Source of the DNA: Clostridia bacterium
Lineage (GTDB): Bacteria > Bacillota > Clostridia > UMGS1810
Assembly: GCA_045532255.1 (NCBI GenBank)
Contig: JAZSFO010000025.1
Span: 1 to 51,080, forward strand
DNA length: 51,080 nucleotides
Direction: 5' to 3'
The notes beneath the pieces are model-generated. The model saw only the letters and a program-made list of their open reading frames with translations, was not told where the DNA came from and ran no database searches. The position numbers were made by a program, and so were the translations under genes. Below are positions 49,913 to 51,080 of this stretch, piece after piece; within the stretch, counting starts at the first letter, position 1, and each line of letters starts with the position of its first letter.

Positions 49913-49950
49913 TTTACATTCAAAACGCCTCCCCGAGCGGAGAGGCGTTT
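49913..49950 (-). terminator. Intrinsic terminator after the cold-shock gene
   Basis: AACGCCTC / GAGGCGTT 8-bp stem extended by CC/GG pairs, followed by TTTTG on the minus strand. Confidence 0.8.
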
Positions 49951-49998
49951 CATGCATAATAGAATTAAACTTGTTATATATAATAGTCCGAGAATTGC

Positions 49999-50199
49999 TT
50001 ACGCCTTAACAACATTAGCCGCCTGAGGACCCTTATTACCATCAATCACATCAAATTCTACAGCATCACCTTCTGCGAGTGTCTTGTAGCCTTCCATATT
50101 GATAGCTGAGAAATGAACAAAAACATCACTGCCGTCTTCACACTCAATAAAGCCATATCCCTTTTCTGCATTAAACCATTTTACTGTACCTTTTTGCAT
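49999..50199 (-). CDS. cspA: Cold-shock protein (CspA family)
   Basis: RNP1 KGYGFI and RNP2 VFVHF, 66 aa, AGGAGG RBS. Confidence 0.95.
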   Translation of the reverse strand: MQKGTVKWFNAEKGYGFIECEDGSDVFVHFSAINMEGYKTLAEGDAVEFDVIDGNKGPQAANVVKA

Positions 50200-50275
50200 T
50201 GCTGCGTACCTCCTAAATTACGGCTGTCAACCGCTGTTTGAAAATTGGATTGTATGTTTTTACAACCTCTATATT

Positions 50276-50304
50276 ACTTTAACATATACGGAATAAATTG
50301 TCAA
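50276..50304 (-). promoter_or_regulatory. Promoter of the cold-shock gene
   Basis: On the minus strand: TTGACA (50304-50299), 17-nt spacer, TAAAGT (50281-50276). AT-rich UP-like tract upstream. Leader of about 70-85 nt. Confidence 0.6.
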
Positions 50305-50335
50305 TCTTTTTTATGTGTTTTTTTATTTTTAAAAT

Positions 50336-50366
50336 CAAAAAGCCGCGGAATATGCCGCAGCTTTTT
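50336..50366 (-). terminator. Intrinsic terminator after the DUF1858 gene
   Basis: AGCTGCGGC-ATATT-CCGCGGCT hairpin (8 of 9 pairs) followed by TTTTTGATTTT on the minus strand. Confidence 0.75.
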
Positions 50367-50371
50367 GATAA

Positions 50372-50575
50372 TTATTTATCTTTAAGATAATCATTGAGCT
50401 TTGCCACAAGCTCGTCGGCATCTACACCATGTACAGCGCATGCCTCAGCAATTGATTCGCCGCTTGCAGATGGACAACCCAGACAATGCATACCTATTTC
50501 AAGGAAAAAAGGTGCTGTTCCCTGGTCAAGTCTTAATACATCAAGTATAATTGTATCCTTTGTTACAGAAGCCAT
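50372..50575 (-). CDS. DUF1858 domain protein (hybrid-cluster-protein-associated redox disulfide type)
   Basis: 67 aa with HCLGCP CxxC motif and TIILDVL...APFFLEIGM N-terminus. AAGGAGAG RBS. Confidence 0.8.
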   Translation of the reverse strand: MASVTKDTIILDVLRLDQGTAPFFLEIGMHCLGCPSASGESIAEACAVHGVDADELVAKLNDYLKDK

Positions 50576-50610
50576 ATTGTTAATCTCTCCTTTTTGTTTT
50601 ATATAATAAT

Positions 50611-50639
50611 ATTATATATTTTTTGTTATATAATTGCAA
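50611..50639 (-). promoter_or_regulatory. Candidate promoter of the DUF1858 gene
   Basis: On the minus strand: TTGCAA (50639-50634), 17-nt spacer, TATAAT (50616-50611). Confidence 0.55.
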
Positions 50640-50822
50640 GAGTATTTTTCAATTTTTGGACAAATATTCAAAATAACTTTACGGATATTTAGAGAAGCTG
50701 CGGTTATAATATTATTACAGCAAGAGAAAAATCTTGTTGTGAAAAATCCGTGTCGTGAAAATCACGTTAGTTTAGCCGCGAAGAGCAAACATGAATTTGC
50801 AAACGATGGCTGTTTGAGTTGG

Positions 50823-50847
50823 TCCGCAACAAACAAAGCGGATTTTT
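50823..50847 (+). terminator. Terminator-like hairpin inside the DUF1540 leader (possible attenuator)
   Basis: TCCGC (50823-50827) / GCGGA (50838-50842) 5-bp stem with a 10-nt loop, followed by TTTTT. The stem is short, so this is weak. Confidence 0.35.
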
Positions 50848-50872
50848 CGTAAAGGCAGCGGACAGAAAGGTA

Positions 50873-51058
50873 ATGGAATTGGAAATGGCAAATTGCAGTA
50901 ATCCCAACAAATCCATTGGATGTACCGTAACACAGTGTGAGCATCATTGTGACGGTGAAAACTACTGTACACTCAACAAAATAACAGTAGGTACTCATGA
51001 GGCAAATCCTACCGTTATAGAATGTACAGATTGTGAATCGTTCGAGCTTAGAAAATAA
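50873..51058 (+). CDS. DUF1540 family small Cys/His-rich protein
   Basis: IGCTVTQCEHHC...YCTLNKITVG and VIECTDCESFE repeats typical of DUF1540. The start is uncertain (ATG 50873 or ATG 50885), and the ORF-track TTG at 50819 lies in the leader hairpin. Confidence 0.75.
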   Translation: MELEMANCSNPNKSIGCTVTQCEHHCDGENYCTLNKITVGTHEANPTVIECTDCESFELRK

Positions 51059-51080
51059 GCATTCGAAAAGGGCTGAATTA

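Noticed and set aside
50634-50852. 72-aa TTG-initiated ORF in the DUF1858/DUF1540 intergenic region
   Set aside because: It starts on the palindromic -35 hexamer, has no RBS, and runs through the hairpins of the putative leader. It is better explained as non-coding regulatory sequence.
1-51080. CRISPR arrays, tandem repeats, IS elements, tRNA genes, and known defence systems
   Set aside because: Every intergenic gap is under 300 nt and is accounted for by promoters or terminators. No direct-repeat/spacer periodicity, transposase, reverse transcriptase, restriction-modification or toxin-antitoxin-like gene pair was seen by eye. A computational repeat scan would be needed to exclude short dispersed repeats.

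Overview
This is an AT-rich, tightly packed chromosomal segment of a low-GC Firmicute. It looks like a Clostridia-type anaerobe, judging by an SLH-domain wall protein, PdaB-like, DUF1540 and DUF378 genes, and a group-II ECF module. GC content was judged by eye and not computed. The window opens with a complete 5S rRNA gene and its terminator, which is the end of an rRNA operon. About 50 CDS follow, mostly on the minus strand, and nearly all are recognisable housekeeping genes.

Gene content in order along the window:
- HAD hydrolase, acyltransferase, htpX (plus strand).
- Minus-strand block yybS-gdpP-rplI-dnaB-tilS-hpt-ftsH-deacetylase.
- Plus-strand islet of DUF378, a secreted protein, and lepA.
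- A terminator-free minus-strand run of about 10 kb: dnaD-like, dnaI/dnaC-like, methyltransferase, ecfA1, ecfA2, ecfT, truA, DUF5711-like, cvpA, DJ-1, 5-formyl-THF cycloligase, xer-type recombinase.
- recG-prfA-tsaC-ywlE-rimI-tsaD-SLH protein.
- metA, SbcF-like, SbcE-like, asp23, DAK2.
- A plus-strand alpha-glucan operon: phosphorylase, PTS EIIA-C-B, MapP-like phosphatase, malQ.
- RpiR regulator, HI0933 flavoprotein, small anchored protein.
- cspA, DUF1858 and DUF1540.

I saw no transposase, phage, CRISPR, tRNA, restriction or recognisable defence genes, and no long non-coding gaps. I cannot support a claim of a wholly new system here. The items most worth a second look are:
1. The PTS/MapP/MalQ/phosphorylase operon, which combines two maltose routes.
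2. The SbcE/YhaN-like ATPase, which has a two-helix membrane hairpin where a Rad50/SbcC zinc hook would sit. It is translationally chained to metA upstream and to asp23/DAK2 downstream.
3. A structured leader of about 155 nt with a terminator-like hairpin upstream of the DUF1540 gene.
4. A perfect 12-4-12 palindrome abutting the Shine-Dalgarno of the recombinase gene.
5. Three uncharacterised exported or anchored proteins.

Several ORF-track starts were trimmed to RBS-supported starts, and several genes appear to use TTG or GTG starts.
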